In this document: positions 18,457-28,274 of the stretch, piece by piece
How positions within the stretch are numbered: the first letter of the stretch is position 1
Layout: every line of letters starts with the position of its first letter
NCBI GenBank assembly: GCA_963783305.1
Contig: CAWAMW010000002.1
Location: 768,001-832,000 of the forward strand
DNA length: 64,000 nucleotides
Direction: 5' to 3'
From: an uncultured Gemmatimonadales bacterium
GTDB taxonomy: Bacteria; Gemmatimonadota; Gemmatimonadetes; Longimicrobiales; RSA9
Made by a program: the position numbers and the translations under genes
Notes under the pieces: model-generated
Database searches by the model: none
What the model was told of the DNA's origin: nothing
What the model saw: only the letters and a program-made list of their open reading frames with translations

Positions 18457-21400
18457 CTAGAGCCGCGCCTCCAATTCCTTCAGCGCGGTCCGTAGCTGAT
18501 CGTAGCGGGTGAACGCGTCCCGCCCCACCCGCTGCGGCGCCGCCGCCACCATGCCGTAGAGGTACCCGATCTGCTCGAGGAGCATGGGCTGCGGGTAGCT
18601 GACGTCTTCGCGCTCCGTCAGCTCCCGGTGCAGCGTTCGCAGTCGCTCCAGGTCCGCGCCCCCGGCGTCCACCATCCGCGCCTCCACTTCCGCCAGCGTC
18701 ATGGCGGCCCGGCTCATTAGCTCTCGCACCGCCAGCGCCAGTCCCTCCTGCTCCTCCAGGTCGTTCGACGTGACGCCCGCCTCCCGCACCCGCGGGTCCA
18801 TCACCACTGTCAGCGGGCGCGTCGCGCTCCAGGCGCCCGCGCTCACCCGCACGCTGTAGCGACCGGGCGCCACCGCGGGGCCGCTACGGTCCAGCGACGC
18901 GGCGCCATCGCGGTCCATGGTCCAGGCGCCCGCGTGCTGGAGGGGAGCCACGAACCGCGTATGGCCCGCCTTGCGAGGGACGGACGGTCCGCCCACCCGC
19001 AGCCGCTCCTCGCCGCGCATGGACGGGGAGACGACCAGCTGGTACCCGCTCTCCTCGCTCGACCAGCCGTTCAATACCGCGCCGCTCTCGTCCAACAGCT
19101 CCACCACGACCGGCGAGTCCGGCGCCACGTCCAGCACCCAGTCCACGACGGCACCCGGCTCTCCGAACTCCGGGTCCATGGGATCGGCGGTGTAGCCCCA
19201 GCCCCCGGTCCGCCAGCGAGCGAGCGTGGCCGTGGCGGGCGGGTACAGGTGGGCCGCGGCCGCGGCCACCGCGCCGTCCAGCCGGCGAAGCGGCGTCAGG
19301 TCCCGCAGCACCTGGAAGCCGCGCCCCATGGTGGACACCACCAGGTCGTTCTGGAGCGCCTCCGAAGCGGCCGAGGGGAACGCCATGTCGGTGACGGGTG
19401 TCACGGGCAGATCGAGCTGGAGCGGCTGCCAGTGGGCCCCGTCGTCGAACGACACGTACGCCCCGAACTCCGCTCCCGCGTAGAGGAGCCCCGGGCGCAC
19501 GGGGTCCTCGCGCGTGACCCGGACCGGGTAATCGGCTGGGATCCCGTTGTCACCTGGCGTGAGCAGCTGCCAGGTACGGCCGTAGTCGCGGGTGCGGTAG
19601 ACATACGGCCGCCAGTCGTCGAGCATGAACCGGAGCACGCTGTAGATGGCGGTCGCCGGGTCGTACGGAGATGCATCGATCGACTGCACCCGGCCGCCCG
19701 GCGGCAGGTCCGGCGGTGTCACATCGCGCCAGGTGGCGCCGTCGTCCACGCTGACGTGGAAGGGCCCATCATACGACCCGACCCAGATCACACCCCGCCG
19801 TACCGGGCTCTCCTCGATGGCATACAGCGTCGAGTAGACCTCCTCGCCCGTCGCGTCACGGGTGATCGGCTCGCCGGGAACGCCCTGCGTCCCGGGCGGT
19901 GTAGCCGTGAGGTCGTCGCTCAGGCGCTCCCACGTGACGCCGCCGTCCGTGGTACGGTGCACGTACTGGGAGCCATGATACACGACGTTCGGATCGTGGG
20001 GGCTCACCTCCACCGGTGCCACGCGCTGGAACCGGTAGGGCAGGTCGCGGGGCGCGTGACCGTACATGTACACGCCGCCCACGTAGCGGTGCTGGAGCTC
20101 CCCCGTCCGCCGGTCCCATACCATGAAGCGGCCCTTGCACGCGTTGTAGTTGACGCTCGGGTCGCCCGGCTTCGGGACCGCCGGTCCCGTCTCGCACGTC
20201 CCGCCGCCATAGTGGATCATGCTACCGAGCGGCGATGGCCGGCTCGGCACGCCCACGATGTCCCGGTCCTGCTGCCCGGCCCACGCCCAGTAGGGGAACC
20301 GGTCGTCGAGCTTCACGCCATAGAGCTCGGCTGTTGGCTGATTCGTCTGAGGTGACCACGTGCGCCCGCCGTCGGTGCTCACGTTCGCGCCACCATCGTT
20401 GCCCTGAACCATGAGATCGGTGTCGGCCGGGTCGATCCAGATGTCATGGTTGTCGCCGTGCGGGGTGTCCACGGTGTGCCAGCTCTCGCCGCCATCGGTG
20501 GACCGGAAGAGGGGCACGTGCGCGTTCACCCACACCGTCTCCGGATCCGTCGGATCTACGTCGACGTTCGTGTAGTAGAACGCGCGCGCGGTGAGCCGGT
20601 CGTTGGACGAAATCTGGCGCCAGCTGCGGCCGCCGTCGTCGCTCCGGTACAGGCCATCCTCCGGGTCCGGCGCCTCGATCAGCGCGTACACCGTCTCCGG
20701 CGCGGAGCGCGCTACCGCCAGGTCGATCTTCCCGAACAGGTCGCCCGCGCCCGTGGGAAGACCGCCGCCGAGCTCGGTCCAGCTGTCACCGCCATCGATG
20801 GACTTGAAGACGCCGCCCTCGCGCGCGCCGCTGATGATCGTCCACGGCCGCCGCTCCGCGCGCCAGCTCGAGGCGTAGAGGACGTCCGGATCCCGCGGAT
20901 CGATCTCCACGTCCACGATCCCCGTGCTGTCGCTGATGAACAGCACGTTCTCCCACGTCTCGCCGCCATCCCGGGTCCGATACAGACCCCGCTCCGGGTT
21001 CGGCCCGAACGGGTGCCCGATCGCCGCCACATATGCGACGTCCGGGTCCCGCGGATCCACCTCGATCGCCCCCGTGTTCCCGATGTCGCGCAGCCCCAGG
21101 AACCGCCACGTCTCGCCCGCGTCCGTCGATCGGTACACCCCCAGCCCCGTGACCACGTTGCTGCGGTACCCGTCGCTGCCCGTGGCCACCCACACCACGT
21201 CCGGGTTCGATTCCGCCACCCGGATGCCACCCACCGACGGCGTCTCGAACCAGCCGTCGCTCAGGTTCGCCCAGCGCTCGCCGTAATCCTCCGTCTTCCA
21301 GACACCCCCCCCGGTCGCGCCCATGTAGTACGTCCCGGGACGATCGACCACGCCCGTCACCGCCGTCACTCGCCCGCCCCGCGCGGGGCCGATCCAGTCC

Positions 21401-21618
21401 CACGTCATGTCCGCGAACAGCGCAGGGTCGAAGACGACAGTGCCCGGCGCCGGCGCCCTTCGCTCCGCCAGCGGCGTCGGCGGGCGCTCAGTCACCGCCG
21501 GGCCGGTCGGCTCGGCGACGGGGCCCACTGGTCCGCCCGCAGAAGAGGCCGTGGCGCAGGCGCCCAGGAGGAGTGAAACGCCGAGCGCGGACGCTGAGGC
21601 CCTGAAGCTGTGGAGCAT
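18457..21618 (-). CDS. VPS10/BNR-repeat beta-propeller glycosyl-hydrolase-like lipoprotein
   Basis: LGAC lipobox, IGPARGGRV, many S/T-x-D-x-G-x-S/T-W Asp-boxes, HGDNHDIWIDP. Confidence 0.9.
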   Translation of the reverse strand: MLHSFRASASALGVSLLLGACATASSAGGPVGPVAEPTGPAVTERPPTPLAERRAPAPGTVVFDPALFADMTWDWIGPARGGRVTAVTGVVDRPGTYYMGATGGGVWKTEDYGERWANLSDGWFETPSVGGIRVAESNPDVVWVATGSDGYRSNVVTGLGVYRSTDAGETWRFLGLRDIGNTGAIEVDPRDPDVAYVAAIGHPFGPNPERGLYRTRDGGETWENVLFISDSTGIVDVEIDPRDPDVLYASSWRAERRPWTIISGAREGGVFKSIDGGDSWTELGGGLPTGAGDLFGKIDLAVARSAPETVYALIEAPDPEDGLYRSDDGGRSWRQISSNDRLTARAFYYTNVDVDPTDPETVWVNAHVPLFRSTDGGESWHTVDTPHGDNHDIWIDPADTDLMVQGNDGGANVSTDGGRTWSPQTNQPTAELYGVKLDDRFPYWAWAGQQDRDIVGVPSRPSPLGSMIHYGGGTCETGPAVPKPGDPSVNYNACKGRFMVWDRRTGELQHRYVGGVYMYGHAPRDLPYRFQRVAPVEVSPHDPNVVYHGSQYVHRTTDGGVTWERLSDDLTATPPGTQGVPGEPITRDATGEEVYSTLYAIEESPVRRGVIWVGSYDGPFHVSVDDGATWRDVTPPDLPPGGRVQSIDASPYDPATAIYSVLRFMLDDWRPYVYRTRDYGRTWQLLTPGDNGIPADYPVRVTREDPVRPGLLYAGAEFGAYVSFDDGAHWQPLQLDLPVTPVTDMAFPSAASEALQNDLVVSTMGRGFQVLRDLTPLRRLDGAVAAAAAHLYPPATATLARWRTGGWGYTADPMDPEFGEPGAVVDWVLDVAPDSPVVVELLDESGAVLNGWSSEESGYQLVVSPSMRGEERLRVGGPSVPRKAGHTRFVAPLQHAGAWTMDRDGAASLDRSGPAVAPGRYSVRVSAGAWSATRPLTVVMDPRVREAGVTSNDLEEQEGLALAVRELMSRAAMTLAEVEARMVDAGGADLERLRTLHRELTEREDVSYPQPMLLEQIGYLYGMVAAAPQRVGRDAFTRYDQLRTALKELEARL

Positions 21619-21753
21619 GGAGTTCTCTGCGGTTGGATGTCCCTCGGGGACCTATAATGCGATACGGCCACCGGGCGGGCCAGCCCGCGCCCCGCCGGGT
21701 CCGCTCCCCGCACCCTCTACCGCGCCGTCCGTCACCTTCTTAGCTTCTCAGCC

Positions 21754-22149
21754 ATGGCCTATCCAGACCGATTCTACGGCGAACGCGTCCGGCGCTTCAG
21801 CAACCGGATCGAGACAGTCCTCTTTGACGCGTACCGTCGCACCGATGCCCATCGCGACCAGATCGGCGCCGGACCGCCCCACCCGGGAGAGCTCCAGCTC
21901 TTCTCGTGGCCCCAGGAGTGGCCGGACTGGGCCTGCGGCTTTGGCGAAGACGCACGCCAGGACGCGTGCATCGACCAGACCCACGTCGTCACCGATGACG
22001 GCACGCATATGGTCTACATCTATCACGCCGGCCGCTTCGTCCGCGCCCTCGAGAACCCTGGCAGGGCCTTCTGGGTGGCCGTGCGAAAGCACCACCTCCC
22101 GGGCGCGACCGACGTCGAGGAATGGACGCGGCTCGCCGAGCAGGACTAG
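21754..22149 (+). CDS. Hypothetical protein
   Basis: 131-aa ORF with coding-like codon usage, aromatic-rich; fills the intergenic gap. Confidence 0.7.
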   Translation: MAYPDRFYGERVRRFSNRIETVLFDAYRRTDAHRDQIGAGPPHPGELQLFSWPQEWPDWACGFGEDARQDACIDQTHVVTDDGTHMVYIYHAGRFVRALENPGRAFWVAVRKHHLPGATDVEEWTRLAEQD

Positions 22150-22243
22150 TCGTCAAAAGCGCGCCTTTCCACCCCACCCGCCGAACGCCACTGGCCGCCA
22201 GGAAGGTGAGATCCTTGACCACCAGCCCGATCCGCGTGACTGA

Positions 22244-24262
22244 TCAGGGTTCACTTCGCCGGACCACCAGGCGGCGGAAATACCAGATCAGCGCGACGAA
22301 GAGCACCAGCGCGAGCCACGGCCCCGCCGCCCCCGCCCACTCGTAGCCCACCGTCCACGGGTTCTGGCCCCGCGACACGGCGTAGCCGGCCGCGCCGGCG
22401 ATGACCACGCCGATCAGGCCCTCACCGCCCACGAGCCCGGAGCCGAACAGGATCCCGCGGTCGCGCCGGGCGGTGCCCTCCTCCTCGTCGTCGGCCTGCC
22501 GGACGAGCAGCATGCGGAGCAGCCCACCCAGAAACACCGGGAACATGGTCGATACGGGGAGGTACACGCCCACCGCGAAGGGCAGGGACGGGATGCGAGC
22601 CACCTCGGCGAGCAGGGCGATCCCGGCGCCGATGGCCACGAGCACCCACGGCAGGTTCTGCGCGAGGACACCATCGATCACCAGCTTCATGAGCGTGGCC
22701 TGGGGCGCCGGTAGCTCCTCACCGCCGAACCCATAGGCGTTCGCCAGCAGGAGGACGGTCAACGCCACGAACGCCGCGGACGTGAGCACGCCCACCAGCT
22801 CGCCGATCTGCTGACGGCGCGGTGTGGCCCCGAGCAGCATACCCGTCTTCAGATCCTGCGAGCTGTCCCCGGCGATCGAGGCCGCGATGGCCACCACCGC
22901 CCCTACCGTGAGCGCCGCCACCTTCCCCGCATCGTCGGTCCACCCGAGGATAAGGAAAATGCTCGCGGTGCCCAGCAGCGTCGCAATGGTCATCCCGCTG
23001 GTGGGGTTGGACGTTACCCCCACCAGGCCCACGATCCTGGAGCTCACCGTCACGAAGAAGAACGCGAAGATCACCACCAGAAGCGCCGCGATGGCACGGC
23101 CCCAGGCGAATTCAATGCTGCTGAACGCCTGCGGGACCAGCGCCAGAATCAGGAATACGGCCAGGGCCCCGATTCCCACCACGCGCAGAGACAGGTCGTT
23201 CTCCGTCCGCATCACCTTCTCCGCCTCATCGCCGGCGGCGAGTCGGTCCCGGATCTGCGCCGCGCCGATCTTGAAGCTCTCGATCATGGTCGGGATGCTC
23301 CGGATGAGCGTGATCAGCCCCCCCGTTGCCACCGCGCCCGCTCCGATGTAGCGCACGTACCGGGTCCAGATGAGACTGGCGTCCATCTCCGCGATCGTGA
23401 GCGCGGTCTCCGGGAACAGCGGATCCACCCGTCCCGCACCCCACCAGTCGATGAGGGGGATGATCACCAGCCAGGAGAGGAGCCCGCCCCCCACCATGAT
23501 GGTCGCGATCCTCGGACCCAGGATGTACCCGACACCGAAGAGCGCAGGCGAGATATCGCTCCCGAGCTGACCCTTCCGCAGGAACGGGATATGGACCTCG
23601 ATGGAATCCGGCACCGCGCGCATCCACCCCGTGATGCCTTTCATCGCCGCGCCCACCCCGAGCCCGAGGAACACGTTCCTGGCCCGCGACCCGCCGCCCT
23701 CGGCCGCCTTCAGCACTTCCGCGCACGCCGTACCCTCGGGGTACGGCAGCTCGTGATGCTCCCGCACGATCAGGTACGGGCGCAGCGGGATCATGAACAG
23801 CACGCCCAGAAGACCGCCGCACATGGCCAGCAGCGTGATCTGCACCACGTTCGTCTCGAAGCCCCAGAGGAAGAGCGCCGGGAGTGTGAAAATCACGCCG
23901 CTGGCGATGGAGCTCGAGGCCGAGCCCACCGTCTGTGACATGTTGGCTTCCAGAATCGAGCTCTTCACTCCCCCCGCACGCAGCGCGCGGAAGAGCGCGA
24001 CCGTCATGACGGCCACGGGGATCGATGTAGAGATCGTCAGACCCGCCCGCAGCCCCAGGTACGCGTTGGCGGCCCCGAACAGGATGCCGAACATGATTCC
24101 CGCGGCGATCGCCTTGACCGTCGCCTCCGGCGGGCTTTCCCCCGCCGCCACGTACGGCGCCGGCGGCCGGTCGGTCGGGCCGGCCACATCACCCGCCGGC
24201 ATCATCGCGCCCGGTTTCCCCGGGTCGGACGTAGGGGAGCTCCTTCCTCGGTCGGCCGCCAT
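22244..24262 (-). CDS. OPT family oligopeptide transporter
   Basis: AANAYLGLRAGLTISTSIP, LPYPEGTACAEVL, TSNPTSGMTIATL, SQDLKTG, PAPQATLM; AGGAG RBS. Confidence 0.95.
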   Translation of the reverse strand: MAADRGRSSPTSDPGKPGAMMPAGDVAGPTDRPPAPYVAAGESPPEATVKAIAAGIMFGILFGAANAYLGLRAGLTISTSIPVAVMTVALFRALRAGGVKSSILEANMSQTVGSASSSIASGVIFTLPALFLWGFETNVVQITLLAMCGGLLGVLFMIPLRPYLIVREHHELPYPEGTACAEVLKAAEGGGSRARNVFLGLGVGAAMKGITGWMRAVPDSIEVHIPFLRKGQLGSDISPALFGVGYILGPRIATIMVGGGLLSWLVIIPLIDWWGAGRVDPLFPETALTIAEMDASLIWTRYVRYIGAGAVATGGLITLIRSIPTMIESFKIGAAQIRDRLAAGDEAEKVMRTENDLSLRVVGIGALAVFLILALVPQAFSSIEFAWGRAIAALLVVIFAFFFVTVSSRIVGLVGVTSNPTSGMTIATLLGTASIFLILGWTDDAGKVAALTVGAVVAIAASIAGDSSQDLKTGMLLGATPRRQQIGELVGVLTSAAFVALTVLLLANAYGFGGEELPAPQATLMKLVIDGVLAQNLPWVLVAIGAGIALLAEVARIPSLPFAVGVYLPVSTMFPVFLGGLLRMLLVRQADDEEEGTARRDRGILFGSGLVGGEGLIGVVIAGAAGYAVSRGQNPWTVGYEWAGAAGPWLALVLFVALIWYFRRLVVRRSEP

Positions 24263-24420
24263 CGCGCTGCTCCTGAAACTGGAAACGGAAGGGCGCCAAA
24301 TTAGACCCGCCCCGGTCGCGAGGCCAGACGCCCGGAGGGAGGCGGAGGAGGGGAGGAGGGGAGGAGGGGGCGCGCAGCTGGAACACCCGTTGCCCGGAGA
24401 CGCAAACGACTCGAGGCACT

Positions 24421-24638
24421 CAGGACTTCATCGCAGGTGCCGTACTCGGCCGCCTCGCCCCGCTGGTGCGGGCTCTCGGCTACTCCGTCATCGTCGACGA
24501 CCGATGCCTTCTGGCCCACGATCGCCGCGCTCCTGCCAGACGTGCCGGGCGATCCACGCGTCCGGGCCGTGCGGTTCCGTCGCCGCCCCCCGGTGCGACG
24601 AGGCGTACTGGGAGGGCAGCCACACTCGACGGATGTGA
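24421..24638 (+). pseudogene. Decayed Mut7-C RNase (PIN + Zn-ribbon) remnant
   Basis: One frame reads DFIAGAVLGRLAPLVRALGYSV..DD. Other frames read RFRRRPP and CDEAYWEGSHTRRM*. No start codon; middle deleted. Confidence 0.6.
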
Positions 24639-24687
24639 CGCCGGCTGGAGGCGACTGCGCCGGTGCCCCAGCGACAGACCCCCGGAG

Positions 24688-25119
24688 CTAGGGCGCCAGC
24701 GGGTCGTCACTTCCCGTGGCTCCGGTGTCGGATCCGCCCTCGGCCGTGGCGGTAGTCTCCGTCGTCTCGCCCGTGCGCGGGAGCGCGACCACGTCATGAT
24801 CGCCCGTTTCGCTGCGGGCCGCCCGCTGTTCCAGCTCCTTCCGCAGCTCCGCGATCTTCGCCTGCACCTTCTGGAGGAGCCCGTCCAGACGGGGCTGGAC
24901 GTCGGCCAGGAAGCGATCGACCCGTGGCTTCACGTCCTCCATGGCGTCGTCCACGCGCGGGCGCAGCTCCTTCACTGCCGAGTCGACCCGAGCGTCCAGC
25001 TCCTCGAACGCCTTCCGGAACTTCGGACGCGCCTCCTCGATGGCGGCATCGATCCGCGCCTCCAGATCCGCCAGGACGTCGCGCCGCGGCCGCTTCTCGT
25101 GATTCTGCTGCTCGTCCAC
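24688..25119 (-). CDS. Hypothetical amphipathic-helix protein with 11-aa repeats
   Basis: AAGGAGG RBS and GTG start; periodic EARPKFRKAFE/ELRPRVDDAME/DVKPRVDRFLA/DVQPRLDGLLQ. Confidence 0.8.
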   Translation of the reverse strand: MDEQQNHEKRPRRDVLADLEARIDAAIEEARPKFRKAFEELDARVDSAVKELRPRVDDAMEDVKPRVDRFLADVQPRLDGLLQKVQAKIAELRKELEQRAARSETGDHDVVALPRTGETTETTATAEGGSDTGATGSDDPLAP

Positions 25120-25290
25120 CGTTGCCTCCTTGAAATGCTCCAGACTGCGGGTTCGCACCCGGTGATCACACTACGGCAATGGTGGATGCGGGTTTCGGGC
25201 CGCGCCCCTGCCACGCGTCTTGCATGGAATACCGGCTGCCGTTCCCCGGACGCGGAGTCCTGCATGAGACCCACCGAGATCGATCAGCCC

Positions 25291-25788
25291 ATGGACCTCC
25301 TGACCCTCTGCGAAAGCATGAAGGCCAACGCGGAAACCGTGGCCACCGCAGTGATCGACCACTGGGAGTCCATCGCGGAAGGGGAACCGTGGCAGGCCCT
25401 CCCTCCCGACCTCGACCACAACCACCTCCCGCAACTCGTCCGGAGCCTGGCCGCGGCCGGCCTGTGCACCGACTTCGATCGCGAGCTGTGCCGCTCCATG
25501 GTCCACGACTCCGCGGAGCACGGCCGGCACCGCGCCGCGGAGGGTCTCGAAGACGCCCTCCTCTACCGGGAGTACCACCTCCTGCGCCGCGCGCTCTGGC
25601 AGCATATGAAGAAGGACCACGGGGAGACGGCCACCGTCTACTACGCCACCATGCGGATTGATGCCCTGATCAGCCTGGCGAACTCCGCAGCGCTCTACGG
25701 GCTCAACTGGAAGACGCTCGAGGCGGAAGGACGCTGGCCCGACGTCCTGGATGAGCTCCTCGACGAATGGCCGCTGCCGCGCGCCTGA
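25291..25788 (+). CDS. Hypothetical all-helical protein, RsbRD-N/non-heme-globin-like
   Basis: HLPQLV...AEHGRHRAAEGL...LYREYHLLRRALW pattern; alternative start 25264. Confidence 0.6.
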   Translation: MDLLTLCESMKANAETVATAVIDHWESIAEGEPWQALPPDLDHNHLPQLVRSLAAAGLCTDFDRELCRSMVHDSAEHGRHRAAEGLEDALLYREYHLLRRALWQHMKKDHGETATVYYATMRIDALISLANSAALYGLNWKTLEAEGRWPDVLDELLDEWPLPRA

Positions 25789-25811
25789 GCGGCGTTACCC
25801 GTCGACCTTCC

Positions 25812-26495
25812 TCACCTCCGATGGCGCCGCTTCCGCGTACGCACGATTGACGATCGGCACGTCGCCCGGGGAGTGCATCCCACCCGCTTCGCGGTCTGCC
25901 GCCATGGCGCGCCGTGCCCCCTGTGGCCGTGTACCAGCCACGTCTCCGCGTGCGCCATCTCGTGAAGCATCGTGTCGTGCAGGGCTCCGCGGTTCACCGG
26001 GAGCAGGAGGTCAGCAGAAATGGCGATCTCGAGCACGGACGCGGTATCGGGGTCGTAGCGGATCGTCCCCAGTGAGCGCGTCATCCTGCGGCTGAGCCGG
26101 AGCGGAATCTCCGGCAACCGGTCACCAAAACGCTCGCGGTTCAGCCGCCGGAACAGCCGCCTGAGGGGCTCCGTCTCCGGTCCATCCGTGGAAGGGCCGG
26201 CGCGCCGCGGTCGCTGCCGCCGCGCCGACTGCAGCCCCCGTTGGGTGCCCTCCCAGCTGCGGAGCTGCTCCAACGCACGCGAAGCCGCCGGAGAGGAGCG
26301 GCGGGCGCTTACGAAGTGTGCCACCGCCTCGAGAATGTGAGGCGGCGCGTTCCTGAAGCAGACATGGCTGTTCAGGGTCCGACCGTCCTTCGAGACGGAC
26401 AGGAGTACGGTGCGGTTCGAACGGTAACGGACGCTGCGGATCCGGGAGTCCCGGATGCGCAGCTCCGCCAGCAACGGGTCGGTGGCAGGTGTCAT
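25812..26495 (-). CDS. SprT-like zinc metalloprotease domain protein
   Basis: LN...F...LP, SRRMTRSLG, TMLHEMAH, HRGHGAPW. Confidence 0.85.
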   Translation of the reverse strand: MTPATDPLLAELRIRDSRIRSVRYRSNRTVLLSVSKDGRTLNSHVCFRNAPPHILEAVAHFVSARRSSPAASRALEQLRSWEGTQRGLQSARRQRPRRAGPSTDGPETEPLRRLFRRLNRERFGDRLPEIPLRLSRRMTRSLGTIRYDPDTASVLEIAISADLLLPVNRGALHDTMLHEMAHAETWLVHGHRGHGAPWRQTAKRVGCTPRATCRSSIVRTRKRRHRR

Positions 26496-26593
26496 GCAAT
26501 GGAAGCTAACGAGTGCAGCCTCGGTTGCCGACGGGGGCGGGACATCGTACGCTGACCGCTTCCGAACCCCTGATCACCGCACCTGAGGATCCG

Positions 26594-27364
26594 ATGACGC
26601 GCTGGGTCAAATGGCTGCTCATCGCCAACATCGTCGCCTTCATCCTGGCGCCGCCAGGATCCACTCTCTACCAGCTCCTGATGTTCGTGCCCGCCTGGGT
26701 GCTGACGCGGCCGTGGACCATCCTGACCTACATGTTCCTGCACGGCGGGTTCATGCACATCCTCTTCAACATGATCGGTCTCTACTTCTTCGGGCCGCGG
26801 CTGGAAGCACGGATCGGCTCCCGTGACTTCCTGATCCTGTACCTCGTGGCCGGCATCGCCGGCGCCCTGCTCTCGTTCGTCCTGGAGCCACGGGCCGCCA
26901 TTGTGGGCGCGTCCGGCGCGGTGTTCGGGGTGCTCCTGGGCTTCGCCATGTTCTGGCCCCACGAGCGGATCTACATCTGGGGGATCCTGCCCGTACCCGC
27001 TCGAATGATGGTCCTCGGTCTCGCCGCTCTCTCCATCTACTCCGGGTTCCAGGGAGCCGGCTCCGGCATCGCCCACTTCGCGCACCTCGGCGGGTTCGCC
27101 GGCGCGTGGGGCTATCTCAAGATCCGGGAGCGGCGGTCCGGCGCATTCAAGCGCAAGGCCACCCGCGGCGCCCACCCGACGGCCGCCGATCGCATTACGG
27201 GACGGGCGAGCCGCGACGAACGGCAGTGGGACGACATCCGGCTCGAGGATCTCCACGAGATCAATCGACAGGAGGTCGAGCGGATCCGCGCCAAGATCGA
27301 GCAGAGCGGGGGTGGCTCCCTCACGCCGGATGAGCGCGCGTTCATGACGCGCATGTCCAGCTGA
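26594..27364 (+). CDS. Rhomboid family intramembrane serine protease
   Basis: PWTILTYMFLHGGFMHILFNM, VGASGAV, AHFAHLGG. Confidence 0.95.
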   Translation: MTRWVKWLLIANIVAFILAPPGSTLYQLLMFVPAWVLTRPWTILTYMFLHGGFMHILFNMIGLYFFGPRLEARIGSRDFLILYLVAGIAGALLSFVLEPRAAIVGASGAVFGVLLGFAMFWPHERIYIWGILPVPARMMVLGLAALSIYSGFQGAGSGIAHFAHLGGFAGAWGYLKIRERRSGAFKRKATRGAHPTAADRITGRASRDERQWDDIRLEDLHEINRQEVERIRAKIEQSGGGSLTPDERAFMTRMSS

Positions 27365-27374
27365 AGGTCCCCGC

Positions 27375-28274
27375 CTACGGCGAACGAGCCTGCCATTCGC
27401 GAAAGACCTCGTCGGCGCTCTCCAGGAACAGCGGGTGCTCCGGCTTCCAGCCCAGGTCGCGCGCGCGAGCGCACCCCATCACCTGATCCATCGTCAGCGC
27501 GTCGGCGAAATCACCCATGGACTCCCGGGCGTCCTCCACCCGCACCCGCAGGGTCTCGCCACCGGCTCCGGCCGCGCGGCTCGCCGACACCGCCAGATTC
27601 CCCACCAGCGCCGCCTCCTCCGCGCAGTGGAAAATACCGCCCGCCTGTGCCTCGATCACCATCCGGTAGAGCCGCGCCACGTCCCCGCGGTACACGGGCG
27701 ACCAGTGGTTCGCGCCATCACCCACGAACTCCGCCGCGCCCCCGGACTCAGCCGACGCGAAAAAGCTCGCAAAGGCCCCTTCCGTTCCTCCGTACACCAT
27801 CCCCGGCCGGATCACCGCCGTGGTCAGCCCCGCACCCGCCGCCTCCAGAACACGGGCCTCCTGCGCAGGGCGCCACGCCACCATTTCGGGCGCTCCCTCC
27901 GTGGAGGAATCCTCGTCCGCAGGCTCCGGCCCCGTCTCCCCCAGCACGAAGCACCCCGACGTATAGACCAGCACCTGGGCACCACCCGCATCCGCCGCCG
28001 CCAGCAGCGCAGCCACCGCGGTCCGGTCCACCTCCTCGCGGTCCGACGATTCCTCCGCCGCCACGTGCACCAGCGCGTCCGCCGATTCCAGTTCGTCGCG
28101 GAAGGCGCCCGCATCCCGCAGGTCTCCTACCACCGCCCGGGCCCCAAGCTCCCGGAGGTACGCTGACTTTTCCGCCGTCCGCGTGAGACCCACCACCTCG
28201 TGCCCCGCCTCCACCAGCTCCTCCACGATGGCGCTCCCGATGTACCCCGTAGCACCCGTCACGAATACCTTCAC
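27375..28274 (-). CDS. NAD-dependent epimerase/dehydratase (atypical SDR)
   Basis: VFVTGATGYIG, VYTSG, IRPGMVYG. Confidence 0.9.
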   Translation of the reverse strand: MKVFVTGATGYIGSAIVEELVEAGHEVVGLTRTAEKSAYLRELGARAVVGDLRDAGAFRDELESADALVHVAAEESSDREEVDRTAVAALLAAADAGGAQVLVYTSGCFVLGETGPEPADEDSSTEGAPEMVAWRPAQEARVLEAAGAGLTTAVIRPGMVYGGTEGAFASFFASAESGGAAEFVGDGANHWSPVYRGDVARLYRMVIEAQAGGIFHCAEEAALVGNLAVSASRAAGAGGETLRVRVEDARESMGDFADALTMDQVMGCARARDLGWKPEHPLFLESADEVFREWQARSP

